64,000 nt of DNA from Dehalococcoides mccartyi (GTDB lineage: Bacteria; Chloroflexota; Dehalococcoidia; UBA2979), in NCBI GenBank assembly GCA_945865925.1, contig CAMBFG010000004.1, positions 46,659 to 110,658 on the forward strand. The letters run 5' to 3'. Positions 39,266 to 48,058 of the stretch are shown here, piece after piece (position 1 is the first letter of the stretch; each line of letters starts with the position of its first letter). A model generated the notes under the pieces. That model was not told the DNA's origin, made no database searches, and saw only the letters and a program-made list of their open reading frames with translations. The position numbers and the translations under genes were made by a program.

Positions 39266-39556
39266 GTGATCCTCGACATCGAGGTCTTGCCGCGCCCGGC
39301 TGGGACGCCTGAGAGCCAGTACGCCCACGTGGAGGCGGCCATCGCCGTCATCCAGGCGTCCGGGCTCGCATACGAAGTCCACGCACTCGGCACGACCGTC
39401 GAGGGTGACCCGGCGGCCGTCTGGGATCTCGCGCGCCGCATCCATGAGGCGACACTCGTCGCAGGCGCCGAGCATGTCGTCACCATCGCCAAACTCTACG
39501 AGAGCCGCGCTGCGAACCCTTCGACCGTCGCCTCGCTCACGTCGAAGTTCCGCTAG
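39266..39556 (+). CDS. MTH1187/YkoF-family (DUF77) thiamine-binding protein
   Basis: 96 aa, MILDIEVLPRPAG...QYAHVEAAIAVIQASGLAYEVHALGTTVEG, typical of the DUF77 fold. GTG start preceded by GAGGGGAG. Confidence 0.8.
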   Translation: MILDIEVLPRPAGTPESQYAHVEAAIAVIQASGLAYEVHALGTTVEGDPAAVWDLARRIHEATLVAGAEHVVTIAKLYESRAANPSTVASLTSKFR

Positions 39557-39562
39557 CCCCGC

Positions 39563-40363
39563 ATGTCACGCGCGCTGCTGCTCCTCCGTCGCGCCGCCCG
39601 CGACTACGCGCCCGCGGCGCTGCTGCTGGTCGCGCTTGTCGTGGTGTGGGAAGTCGTCGTGCGCGCCCTCGATGTGGCCCCGTACCTCGTCCCGGCGCCC
39701 AGCCGGATCGCGCGGGCGTTCATGGAGGTGCGCGGCACGCTCCCCGGCCACCTCCGCACGACCACGAGCGAGGCGGCTGTGGGCCTCGCGCTGTCGGCTA
39801 TCCTCGGCGCTGCGTGTGCGGCCCTGCTCGCGTGGTCCACGCCGTTGCGGCGGGCGGTATACCCACTGCTGGTGATCTCGCAGAACGTGCCGCTGGTCGT
39901 GATCGCACCGCTGGTCGTCGTGTGGTTCGGCTTCGGCATGCTGCCGAAGGTGCTCGTCGTCACGCTGATGGGCTTCTTCCCAATCGTCGTCGCGACCACG
40001 GACGGCCTCCTCCGTGCCGACCGCGAACTCATCGAGCTGGCGCGTTCCTACGGCGCCGGCCGGTGGCAGGTGCTCCGCGGCGTCCTCGTACCGTCCGCCG
40101 TGCCCTCGTTCTTCGCCGGGCTACAGATCAGCGCGGCCTACGCCGTGCTCGGCGCGGTGATCGCGGAGTGGGTGGGGGCCAGCAGTGGCCTCGGGTTGTT
40201 CATCACGCGGTCGCAGACGGCGTTCCGCGTCGACCGAGTGTTCGTAGCGGTGGCGGTCATCGCCGCACTCAGCATCGCCTCGTTCGCCGCCGTCCACCTG
40301 GCGGCGCGACTCGCGATGCCCTGGCAGCACTTCGTCCGAGGCGGCGTACAAGAGGAGGTCTGA
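39563..40363 (+). CDS. thiX: ABC transporter permease (NitT/TauT family), ThiX-like
   Basis: Six-TM permease profile. Placed in the riboswitch-controlled operon next to an NMT1/THI5-like binding protein. Confidence 0.8.
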   Translation: MSRALLLLRRAARDYAPAALLLVALVVVWEVVVRALDVAPYLVPAPSRIARAFMEVRGTLPGHLRTTTSEAAVGLALSAILGAACAALLAWSTPLRRAVYPLLVISQNVPLVVIAPLVVVWFGFGMLPKVLVVTLMGFFPIVVATTDGLLRADRELIELARSYGAGRWQVLRGVLVPSAVPSFFAGLQISAAYAVLGAVIAEWVGASSGLGLFITRSQTAFRVDRVFVAVAVIAALSIASFAAVHLAARLAMPWQHFVRGGVQEEV

Positions 40364-40364
40364 G

Positions 40365-41378
40365 ATGGGCCAAAAGCACCTGGTACGGCTGGGGACGGTG
40401 GCACTCGTGGCTGCGGTCGCGATGGGCCTGATGGCGTGCAGCGTGAGGCAGAAGGCGCCGCAAGGCGGTCTGACTCCGGTCACGCTCATGCTCAATTGGA
40501 CGCCGAACACCCACCACGCCGGCATCTACGCTGCGTTCCAGAACGGCTGGTACGCCGAAGAGGGCATCGACCTCAAGATCGTGGAACCGGCAGCAGCCGG
40601 CGCCGACCAGGTCGTGGCCTCCGGTGGGGCGGACTTCGGCATTTCGCAGGCCGAGTCCGTCCTCCCCGCTCGCGCCGCGGGCGCGCCCGTCGTCTCGATC
40701 GCCACGCTCCTGACGCACAACGACTCATCGTTCTTCGCGCTCACCTCCACCGGCATCAAGCGACCGAAGGACTTCGAGGGCAAGACGTACGGCGGCTACG
40801 GCGGTCCGTTGGAGCGTGAACTGCTCAGCACACTCATGAAGTGCGACGGCGGGGACCCGACCAAGGTGAAGTCGGTCGAGGTCGGCAACATCGACTACCT
40901 GCCCGGCATGGAGCAGAAGCGCTTCGACTTCGTCTGGGTGTTCGAGGGCTGGGACGTCCTCCGTGCGCGCGAGGTGGAGCGCAAGGACGTCACCTCCGTG
41001 AAGTTCGGCGACTACGGCCAGTGCGTCCCGGACTGGTACACGCCGGTAGTGATTGCGAGCGAGAAGACCCTGAAGGAGCGCCCCGACCTCGTGCGGAAGT
41101 TCCTCAGGGCCACCGCCCGAGGCTACGACCTCGCGATCGCCAACCCCGATCAGGCAGCGGCACTCCTGCTGAAGTCCGCGCCCGAACTCGACAAAACCCT
41201 CGTCGCTGCCAGTGCGAGGTACACCGCGTCGAAGTACGCAGACAGAGGCACGGCATGGGGCACCCAGCAAGGGAAGGTGTGGAGTGACTTCGCCGCGTTC
41301 CTGAGGAAGTCAGGTCTGCTGGAGAAGGATGTCCCCGCCAACACGGCCTTCACCAACGACTTCCTCCCGAAGCGATAG
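40365..41378 (+). CDS. thiY: NMT1/THI5-like substrate-binding lipoprotein (HMP/formylaminopyrimidine binding, ThiY-like)
   Basis: Lipobox LMAC. LMLNWTPNTHHAGIYAAFQNGWYAEEGIDLKIVEP is typical of the NMT1/THI5 family. Confidence 0.8.
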   Translation: MGQKHLVRLGTVALVAAVAMGLMACSVRQKAPQGGLTPVTLMLNWTPNTHHAGIYAAFQNGWYAEEGIDLKIVEPAAAGADQVVASGGADFGISQAESVLPARAAGAPVVSIATLLTHNDSSFFALTSTGIKRPKDFEGKTYGGYGGPLERELLSTLMKCDGGDPTKVKSVEVGNIDYLPGMEQKRFDFVWVFEGWDVLRAREVERKDVTSVKFGDYGQCVPDWYTPVVIASEKTLKERPDLVRKFLRATARGYDLAIANPDQAAALLLKSAPELDKTLVAASARYTASKYADRGTAWGTQQGKVWSDFAAFLRKSGLLEKDVPANTAFTNDFLPKR

Positions 41379-41400
41379 TCCGAGGCCGTCAGTGAGCAGC

Positions 41401-42147
41401 ATGCCGGACGGACGTGCCATCGAGGTGCGCGGGCTCTCGCTCACCTACGCAGGCCGTCCGCCAGTGGTCGCACTCGATGGTGTCGACCTCGTGGTCGCGC
41501 CGGGGGAGTTCGCGGTGCTGCTGGGGCCGTCCGGGTGTGGCAAGAGCACGCTGCTCCGCGCACTCGCTGGCCTCGTCCGCCCCACGGCGGGCGAGGCGCT
41601 GGCGAGTAGCGTGGCCTATATGCCCCAGCGGGACCTCTTGCTCCCGTGGCGGCGCGTCCTCGGCAATGCCACGTTCGCCGCCGAACTCGCGGGCGTCCCA
41701 CCGGCCGAGGCGCGTGGGCGGGCGCGGGCGCTGCTCGGGCGCTTCGGGCTCGAAGGGTTCGAACGGGCCTGGCCGGCGCAGTTGTCGGGGGGGATGCGGC
41801 AACGGCTGGCGCTTCTGCGCACCTTCCTCGCGCCGCGCGACACACTGCTGCTCGATGAACCGTTTGGCGCTCTAGACGCGATCACTCGCCGCGAAATGCA
41901 GGGCTGGCTGCAAGGTGTACTGGCCGAGGAATCGCGCACTGTGCTGCTCGTCACACATGACATCGAGGAGGCGCTGACGCTCGCCGACACGGTCTATGTG
42001 ATGTCCCCGCGCCCCGGCCGGATCGTGGACCGCGTCGAGGTGAGTCTGACACGACCGCGCGACGCCACCACGCTCACCTCGCCTGAGTTCACGGCGCTGA
42101 AAGCGCACCTGCTACGGGCACTCGAGGGACCAACCCGGAATAGGTGA
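41401..42147 (+). CDS. thiZ: ABC transporter ATP-binding protein, ThiZ-like
   Basis: ORF 41329..42147, ATG at 41401. Walker A GPSGCGKST, signature LSGGMRQR, Walker B LLLDEPFGALD. Confidence 0.88.
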   Translation: MPDGRAIEVRGLSLTYAGRPPVVALDGVDLVVAPGEFAVLLGPSGCGKSTLLRALAGLVRPTAGEALASSVAYMPQRDLLLPWRRVLGNATFAAELAGVPPAEARGRARALLGRFGLEGFERAWPAQLSGGMRQRLALLRTFLAPRDTLLLDEPFGALDAITRREMQGWLQGVLAEESRTVLLVTHDIEEALTLADTVYVMSPRPGRIVDRVEVSLTRPRDATTLTSPEFTALKAHLLRALEGPTRNR

Positions 42148-42178
42148 CGCGGCTCCGCTACCGGGCGATGATGCCCGC

Positions 42179-42751
42179 ATGCCGAAGGATCGCCCCTCGC
42201 TCCGAGGTCGCCTGCTCGTCGCGACACCGCTCCTCACCGACCCGAACTTCGCGGGCACGGTGGTGTTGCTCTGCCGCCACGACGCGGAGGGTGCCTTCGG
42301 CGTGATCCTCAACCGCCCCCTCGAAACCGCCGCCATCGAGATCGTCCCGGAGTGGTCGGAGCGCTGCGCCGCGCCGCCGGTATTATTCGACGGCGGGCCA
42401 GTCCGGCGCACCAGCGCCCTCGCGCTCGGCCTCGATCTCGAGGCTGCGGCCACGGGGGGCCGGCGGTCGGGTTGGACGCCGGTGCAGGGGCCGGTCGGGC
42501 TCATCGACATGCGCGCGGAGCCGCCAGCGCTCCCGCCGAGCATCGAGTGCGTGCGCATCTTTGCCGGCTCGTCCGGGTGGGACGCGCAGCAACTCGACCG
42601 CGAGATCCGCGAGGATGCATGGTTTGTGGTGCAGAGCCGTGCGGCAGACGTGTTCACCACGGAGCCGCACACCCTCTGGCGGGAGGTGCTGCGCCGCCAT
42701 CCTCGCTACTCGCTTTATGCCTTCTCCGGCACGGACACCACGCAGAACTAG
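42179..42751 (+). CDS. YqgE/AlgH family (UPF0301) protein
   Basis: Contains LLVATPLLTDPNFAGTVVLLCRHDAEGAFGVILNRP and IFAGSSGWDAQQLDREI. Confidence 0.88.
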   Translation: MPKDRPSLRGRLLVATPLLTDPNFAGTVVLLCRHDAEGAFGVILNRPLETAAIEIVPEWSERCAAPPVLFDGGPVRRTSALALGLDLEAAATGGRRSGWTPVQGPVGLIDMRAEPPALPPSIECVRIFAGSSGWDAQQLDREIREDAWFVVQSRAADVFTTEPHTLWREVLRRHPRYSLYAFSGTDTTQN

Positions 42752-42758
42752 CGCAGGG

Positions 42759-43580
42759 CTACGGCAACCCGAGGTCGTGCGCGAGCGCATTTCGATGCAC
42801 GTCCAGCGGCGCGTGCGCGACGCCTGCGGCCTGCGCGTCCACCCCACGCTCGACCGGCCCGTCCCCATCTGCCGAGCGCAGCCCGCCCGTGGCACTGCCT
42901 CCGGCGCACCAGAGGCGCTGCTCCGCCGCGACCACCACGAGGTGCGCCTGACGCGTTCGTCCCGCCGCCAGCAGTCCTGCCGCCACCTCGACCGCCGTGG
43001 CGACGTCGGCCGCCCGCGCCCGCGAGGCGCCCCCATCGTCGACGCGGCTCGCCGGCCGTGCGGCGCGAAGTCCCGCCAGCCGTTGCGCCGTAACCGGCGT
43101 GAGCCACGCCTCGCGGGCGCGCTCACCGATCAGCCAGCCGCGCCCCTCGTCGCCGAGGCGAGCCGAGCGTGGGAGTCGCACGTCCTCCAGGAAGATCTTG
43201 TCGAACGCGGGCCGGCCGAGGACATCGAGGATCGTCTGTGAGGTCACGCCCGCATCGCGCGGGAGCAGGAACGCCGTCAGCCCTCGATCGCCGGGGGCGT
43301 CGATGTCGGTCTTCGCCAGGACGAGCAGGTGGCCGGCATCCGCACCACCGACGATGTACTTCTTCTGGCCGTTGAGCACCCAGACGTCACCCTCGCGGAC
43401 CGCGTTCAACCTCGTTGCGGCGAGGTCGCTACCAGCGTCTGGTTCTGCGAATGCGATCGCGGCGCGCTCACCGCCCGCCCGCAGGCGCTCCGCTAGCCCG
43501 TCCGCGGCACCCGCGCCCTCGACGTCGTCGAGGAGCGCCGCGACGGTCAGCGAGGCGGGGCCGGGGGTGTCGCGCGCCAT
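42759..43580 (-). CDS. acyl-CoA dehydrogenase-like protein lacking the N-terminal alpha domain (possible remnant)
   Basis: ORF 42759..43682. Contains AFAEPDAGSDLAATRLNAVREGDVWVLNGQKKYI (ACAD middle domain) and a degenerate Ala/Arg-rich C-terminal domain. Only about 35 aa precede the middle domain. The upstream end of the ORF overlaps the cobalamin riboswitch on the other strand, so ATG 43580 or a later start was chosen. Confidence 0.5.
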   Translation of the reverse strand: MARDTPGPASLTVAALLDDVEGAGAADGLAERLRAGGERAAIAFAEPDAGSDLAATRLNAVREGDVWVLNGQKKYIVGGADAGHLLVLAKTDIDAPGDRGLTAFLLPRDAGVTSQTILDVLGRPAFDKIFLEDVRLPRSARLGDEGRGWLIGERAREAWLTPVTAQRLAGLRAARPASRVDDGGASRARAADVATAVEVAAGLLAAGRTRQAHLVVVAAEQRLWCAGGSATGGLRSADGDGPVERGVDAQAAGVAHAPLDVHRNALAHDLGLP

Positions 43581-43624
43581 CCATCGAGTGTAGGCACCGG
43601 TCGCCCGCGGCTTCCGGAAGCGCA

Positions 43625-43725
43625 TACACTCGGAGCACGTGGCCCCCGGGGAAGTCGGTGCAAGACCGACGCTGTCCCGCAACTGTGACCCTCATCAAGG
43701 GAAGTCAGAGCACCGCCCCACGCGT
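43625..43725 (+). promoter_or_regulatory. cobalamin (B12) riboswitch aptamer
   Basis: GGGGAAGTCGGTGCAAGACCGACGCTGTCCCGCAACTGTGA matches the conserved GGGAA..GGTG..CC..GC.G.CCCGCAACTGT core. It is followed by AAGGGAAGTCAGAGCACCGCC (B12-box-like). Lies upstream of a BtuF-like gene. Confidence 0.8.
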
Positions 43726-43821
43726 ACTTGTCGACCTGCGAGGACAGGCGACGGCAGGAGTGGGGCGCCCCTCGGTGTCTCGCTGCGGCCCTCGACACCT
43801 CGCGCCACCGGAGGTGCCACC

Positions 43822-44778
43822 ATGAAGCCACGCACGCTGGTCCCGATCCTCCTCGCGCTCGTCGCTGGCCTCGCCATTGCTTGCGGCGACTCCGTGCCAG
43901 CCGCCTCGACACCCGAGGCGACCGCCGCGGCGAGTGCCCCGACTCCACCCGCGACGTTCCCGATCACGGCGAGCGACCAGGAGGGGAAGCCCCTCACGCT
44001 GGCGAAGCAACCGCGCGCAATCATCTCGTTCTCACCCGGCGTCACAGAGATCCTCTTCGCCATCGGCGCGGGGCCACAGGTCATCGCCGCTGACCAGTTC
44101 TCCGACTACCCAGCGGAAGCGAAGGCGCTGAAGCAACGGGTGAAATACACCAGCCCGGACGTCGAGAGCGCCCTGTCGCTGAACCCCGACCTCGTCATCA
44201 TGTCTCGCGCCCAGCGCACCTCCGTCGAGCGGTTCCGCAGCGCTGGCCTGCCTGTCTTTTACACACCCGAGGCGGACTCCCTCGACGCGATCATGGAGGA
44301 CGTACGGATGTGGGGGCACCTGACCGGCCACGCGGCGGAGGCTGACCAGGTGGCGAATGGCATGCGTGCGCGTATCGAGGCCGTCAAGGTGAAGGTGGCA
44401 CCAGTCGCCGAGGGCCCGCGCGCGTTCTACGAACTGAGCGACTCGCTCTTCTCGGCGGGCGACAAGACCTTCATTGGCTCCATCCTCACACTCCTCAAGG
44501 CGAAGAACGTTGCGAGCGGCGCGGCGACCGACTTCCCGCAGTTGACGGCGGAGGCCGTGATCTCCCGCGACCCGCAGGTCATCTTCCTCGCGGACGCTTC
44601 GAGCGCGGGGCAGAGCCTGGAGACGCTGCGGAAGCGGCCCGGGTGGACCTCGATCAGCGCGGTCAAGGATGGGAAGGTCTACCCGGTTGACCCGAACACC
44701 GGCAATCGCCCGGGGCCGCGGATCGTGCTGGCGCTGGAGGAGATCGGTCGGCTGCTCTACCCCGAGCGCTTCCGGTAA
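43822..44778 (+). CDS. BtuF-like periplasmic binding protein (cobalamin/siderophore class) lipoprotein
   Basis: ORF 43639..44778. ATG at 43822 is preceded by GGAGGTG. Lipobox IAC. Contains IISFSPGVTEILFAIGAG...VIAADQFSDYP and PDLVIM. Confidence 0.85.
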   Translation: MKPRTLVPILLALVAGLAIACGDSVPAASTPEATAAASAPTPPATFPITASDQEGKPLTLAKQPRAIISFSPGVTEILFAIGAGPQVIAADQFSDYPAEAKALKQRVKYTSPDVESALSLNPDLVIMSRAQRTSVERFRSAGLPVFYTPEADSLDAIMEDVRMWGHLTGHAAEADQVANGMRARIEAVKVKVAPVAEGPRAFYELSDSLFSAGDKTFIGSILTLLKAKNVASGAATDFPQLTAEAVISRDPQVIFLADASSAGQSLETLRKRPGWTSISAVKDGKVYPVDPNTGNRPGPRIVLALEEIGRLLYPERFR

Positions 44779-44973
44779 ACGCTGACACCTCAGCCAGTCA
44801 CCTCGGTTGACGATCCCACCGAGCACTAACACCGAAGAAGCCCGATCGTGACGCGGGAATGGCGCATCCAGCGCAATCTCAGGCTGGTGATAACCGCGAC
44901 GGATGCGCGCAAGCGAAGAAACTGGCACCATCGCGGAGGCCCGCATTGCTGACTGGCAGAAGGAGTTCGACCT

Positions 44974-46251
44974 GTGCTCTCTGCGCGCGCTGCGATCGTC
45001 TTCGCCCTCGCAGGCACTATCCCTGGCGTCGCGCTGTTCCTGTCCGGCGCCCATTTCGGGACCGTGCCGGACACCGCGCTCTACGGACTCTCCATTGTCT
45101 CCTCCGCCTTCCTGCTCGCCTGGGCTGCCGAGGCGTCAGAGACGGAGATCGCGCAGGGGCTCGCCGTCGCGTTTATCGCGCTGATCGCGGTACTCCCGGA
45201 GTACGCCGTCAGCATGTCGTTCGCGTGGAAGGCAGGGCAGGACCTCGCTTACGCACCATTCGCCGTTGCGAATATGACCGGTGCGAATCGCTTGCTCATT
45301 GGCGCTGCGTGGCCGCTGATTTTCTTCCTCTTCTGGCTGAAAAATCGAGGACGGGCCATCCGGCTAGAGCGTTCCTACAGCGTGGACGTCATCGCGCTTG
45401 CGATGGCGACGCTCTGGTCGTTCACGCTCATGGCGCGCGGGTCAATCACACTGATAGACACCGTGATCTTCGCAGCGATCTTCATTGCCTACGTCGGCAT
45501 CATCATGCGCGCACCTTCCGAGGAGCCTGAACTACTCGGCCCCGCGAAGATCATCGGCGGCATGCGCCGCGGCCCCCGCCGAGGTGCGATCGCGGCGCTC
45601 TTCCTGGTGTCGGCGGTCGCGATCCTCGCGTGCGCGGAGCCCTTTGCGGAAGGGCTGATCCACAGTGGCACCTCGCTGGGGATCGATAAGTTCACCCTCG
45701 TGCAGTGGCTCGCACCGTTCGCCTCGGAGGCGCCAGAGTTCCTGGTCGCGGGCATCCTCGCGTGGCGCGGCCGCGCCGGCGTGGCGATGGGCGCGCTGCT
45801 CTCGTCCAAGGTGAACCAGTGGACGTTGCTCATCGGTGGACTACCGCTGGTGTACGCGATTTCCGCCGGTGGCCTCGACCCATTGCCCCTCGACACCCGC
45901 GAAGTCGAGGAGTTGTACCTGACCGCAGCGCAGTCGGCATTCGCCGTAGCCGTCCTCGTGAGCCTGAGTTTCGCCGGCCGCGAGGCGATCCTGCTGCTGG
46001 CGGTGTTCGCGGTGCAGTTCATCCTCTCAGCCGTCGAGCTGCCACTGCCATTCGAGATCAGGGGCGAGTCAACGCTCACGTCCTCTGATGTGCGCCGCAT
46101 CGCCGGCACGATCTACCTCGTGATGGCCGTCTACACCTTCGTGAAGGAACGCCATGAACTCGCTCGCCTCTGGCGCAGCGCCCGGAAGACCGCACGCGAT
46201 CCGGGCGCCGTCCACGAGGAAGACGCCGACCTGCACGCTCACGTGGCCTAG
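44974..46251 (+). CDS. sodium/calcium exchanger (CaCA) family membrane protein
   Basis: Polytopic with two alpha-repeat-like regions (...AVLPEYAVS... and ...SEAPEFLVAG...). GTG at 44974 is preceded by GAAGGAG. Confidence 0.8.
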   Translation: MLSARAAIVFALAGTIPGVALFLSGAHFGTVPDTALYGLSIVSSAFLLAWAAEASETEIAQGLAVAFIALIAVLPEYAVSMSFAWKAGQDLAYAPFAVANMTGANRLLIGAAWPLIFFLFWLKNRGRAIRLERSYSVDVIALAMATLWSFTLMARGSITLIDTVIFAAIFIAYVGIIMRAPSEEPELLGPAKIIGGMRRGPRRGAIAALFLVSAVAILACAEPFAEGLIHSGTSLGIDKFTLVQWLAPFASEAPEFLVAGILAWRGRAGVAMGALLSSKVNQWTLLIGGLPLVYAISAGGLDPLPLDTREVEELYLTAAQSAFAVAVLVSLSFAGREAILLLAVFAVQFILSAVELPLPFEIRGESTLTSSDVRRIAGTIYLVMAVYTFVKERHELARLWRSARKTARDPGAVHEEDADLHAHVA

Positions 46252-46262
46252 GGACTCGAAGG

Positions 46263-46673
46263 CTAGGCGCGCACCACCAGCACGGGGAGCGTCGCGTCCT
46301 GCAGCACCTGCTGGGTGACGGAGCCGAGGACACCGCGCCACCCACCCGCGCGCTTGCTCGCGATGATCACGAGGTCGGCCTGGCGCTGCTGGGCTTCCTT
46401 GAGCAGACGGTTCGGCACGTCCTCACCGCGGTCGAGGACGACCACCGCCTGCCCCATACCAGCGGTGGCAGCCTGCGCCATCGCGGCGTGCGAGCGTTCC
46501 GTCAGGATCGCCATCGCTTCACGCGTCGAGGGGGCCTGTATATCGGCGGCGTCAATTAGCGGGTTCAACACCTGGACGAGATCGACCTGCCCACCAGCGC
46601 CGGCCAGCACCTGCGCCTGCCGCAGCGCCGCTTGCGCGCCGTCCGAGCCGTCCCATGCCACAAGGATTCGCAT
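46263..46673 (-). CDS. universal stress protein (UspA family)
   Basis: ORF 46263..46760, ATG at 46673 (MRILVAWDGSDGA...). Ends ...DLVIIASKRAGGWRGVLGSVTQQVLQDATLPVLVV. Confidence 0.85.
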   Translation of the reverse strand: MRILVAWDGSDGAQAALRQAQVLAGAGGQVDLVQVLNPLIDAADIQAPSTREAMAILTERSHAAMAQAATAGMGQAVVVLDRGEDVPNRLLKEAQQRQADLVIIASKRAGGWRGVLGSVTQQVLQDATLPVLVVRA

Positions 46674-46713
46674 ACACCACCTCCAGCGCTCGGATCGTAG
46701 CGGAAGCCACTCG

Positions 46714-47636
46714 CTACGGCGTGCGGCGCGTGCGCGGGTCCAGCGACGCGCGCACGCCATCGCCTACTACCTGGAATGCGAGGAACAACACCGCCAGCAG
46801 CCCGACCGGGAACGCCAGCGCTGTCCACTGCACGCGCGCGAACTCGAAGTGTTCCGCGATCAGGAAGCCCACGCTCGGCGTCGGCGGCGCCGCCCCGATC
46901 CCGATGAACGACAACGCCGCCTCCGCGAACACGACGCGAGGCACGAGGAACGTTGCTTCGACGACCACAGGGCCGAGGGCGTTCGGCAGCCAGTGACGCC
47001 ACGCCACTCTCGCTGGCGACGCCCCGAGGGCCTCGCGGCCACGCTGTACTCAGTCACCCGGATCGCCAGCAACTGGCCGCGCACCAGACGCGCCATCGTC
47101 GGCCACGCCGTGATCGAAATCGCGAAGAACAGCAGCAGCAGCGGCGCCTCGGGCGGCACGTTGCGGCCTCGGAGCAGACCATCGAGCGCTGCGCGCAGCA
47201 GGATCACGAGCAACAGGTCAGGGAACGCGAACGCGAACGCGAGGTCCGTCAGCCGCATCAGCACCCCGTCCAGCCGTCGAGGCCCCGCGACCGCCAGCGT
47301 CCCGATCCCCACGCCGAGCGCCGTCACTACCACCACCGAGACCGCGGCAGCCGCGAGGGAGATGCGCAGTCCGATCACCATCCGGCTAAAGATGTCCCGC
47401 GCCAGTTGGTCGGTACCCAGGACATGTGCGCGGCTGGGCGCCTCGAACTTCCCCGTCTCACGCGGCGCGAGCGGGTTGAGCGTCGTCGTCGAGGCGGGCG
47501 CAGCCTCGAGGAACTGTCGTGCGGAGTCGTAGGGTGCGACCGCCTCGACGAACACCGCCACGAGGGCAAGCGCAGCGATCAGCGCAAGCGCCGCCATCGA
47601 GGCACGATCACGTCGGAGCCTCGCCCGCGCGCTCAC
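46714..47636 (-). pseudogene. OppC/DppC-type ABC permease, frameshifted
   Basis: The frame from GTG 47636 reads ...GTDQLARDIFSRMV...ITAWPTMARLVRGQLLAIRVTEYSVAAR and then goes out of frame. ORF 46714..47007 continues ...VAWRHWLPNALGPVVVEATF...DPR. One added G/C at 47028-47032 restores the conserved AARALGASPARVAWRH motif. Length is 923 nt (3n-1). Confidence 0.8.
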
Positions 47637-48037
47637 GCGAGCCGCACTCGAGGGTCGACCGGGTACACGAGGTCGACGGCAAGGTTCGCGGCGAGGACCA
47701 CGACGGCGTAGAACAGCGTGACGCCCATGATCACGCCGTAGTCGCGCTGCGCGATCGACGTCACGAAGAGCGACCCCACGCCCGGCAGACCAAAAATAGA
47801 CTCGACGATGATCGACCCGACGATCAGGTTCGCGAACACCGGCCCAGCCAGCGTCAGCACAGGCACGAGCGCGTTCCTCAGCCCGTGCCGCCACACCACC
47901 GCGCGCTCATCCAACCCCTTCGAGCGCACCATGCGCACGTAGTCGGCGCCCAGCACCTCGATCAACGCGGCGACGAATCTGCGCGTGCACCGATAGTACC
48001 CGCCGAGGATTCTCCCGGCGACGGTGGCATAACATCG
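47633..48037 (-). pseudogene. OppB/DppB-type ABC permease, 3' fragment only (last ~130 aa)
   Basis: ...LIEVLGADYVRMVRSKGLDERAVVWRHGLRNALVPVLT...VDPRVRLA is the C-terminal third of DppB-like permeases. An in-frame stop lies at 48038-40 and no N-terminal TM region lies upstream. The stop overlaps the oppC start (GTGA). Confidence 0.75.
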
Positions 48038-48058
48038 CTATGCTCGATTCGAGGTTTC

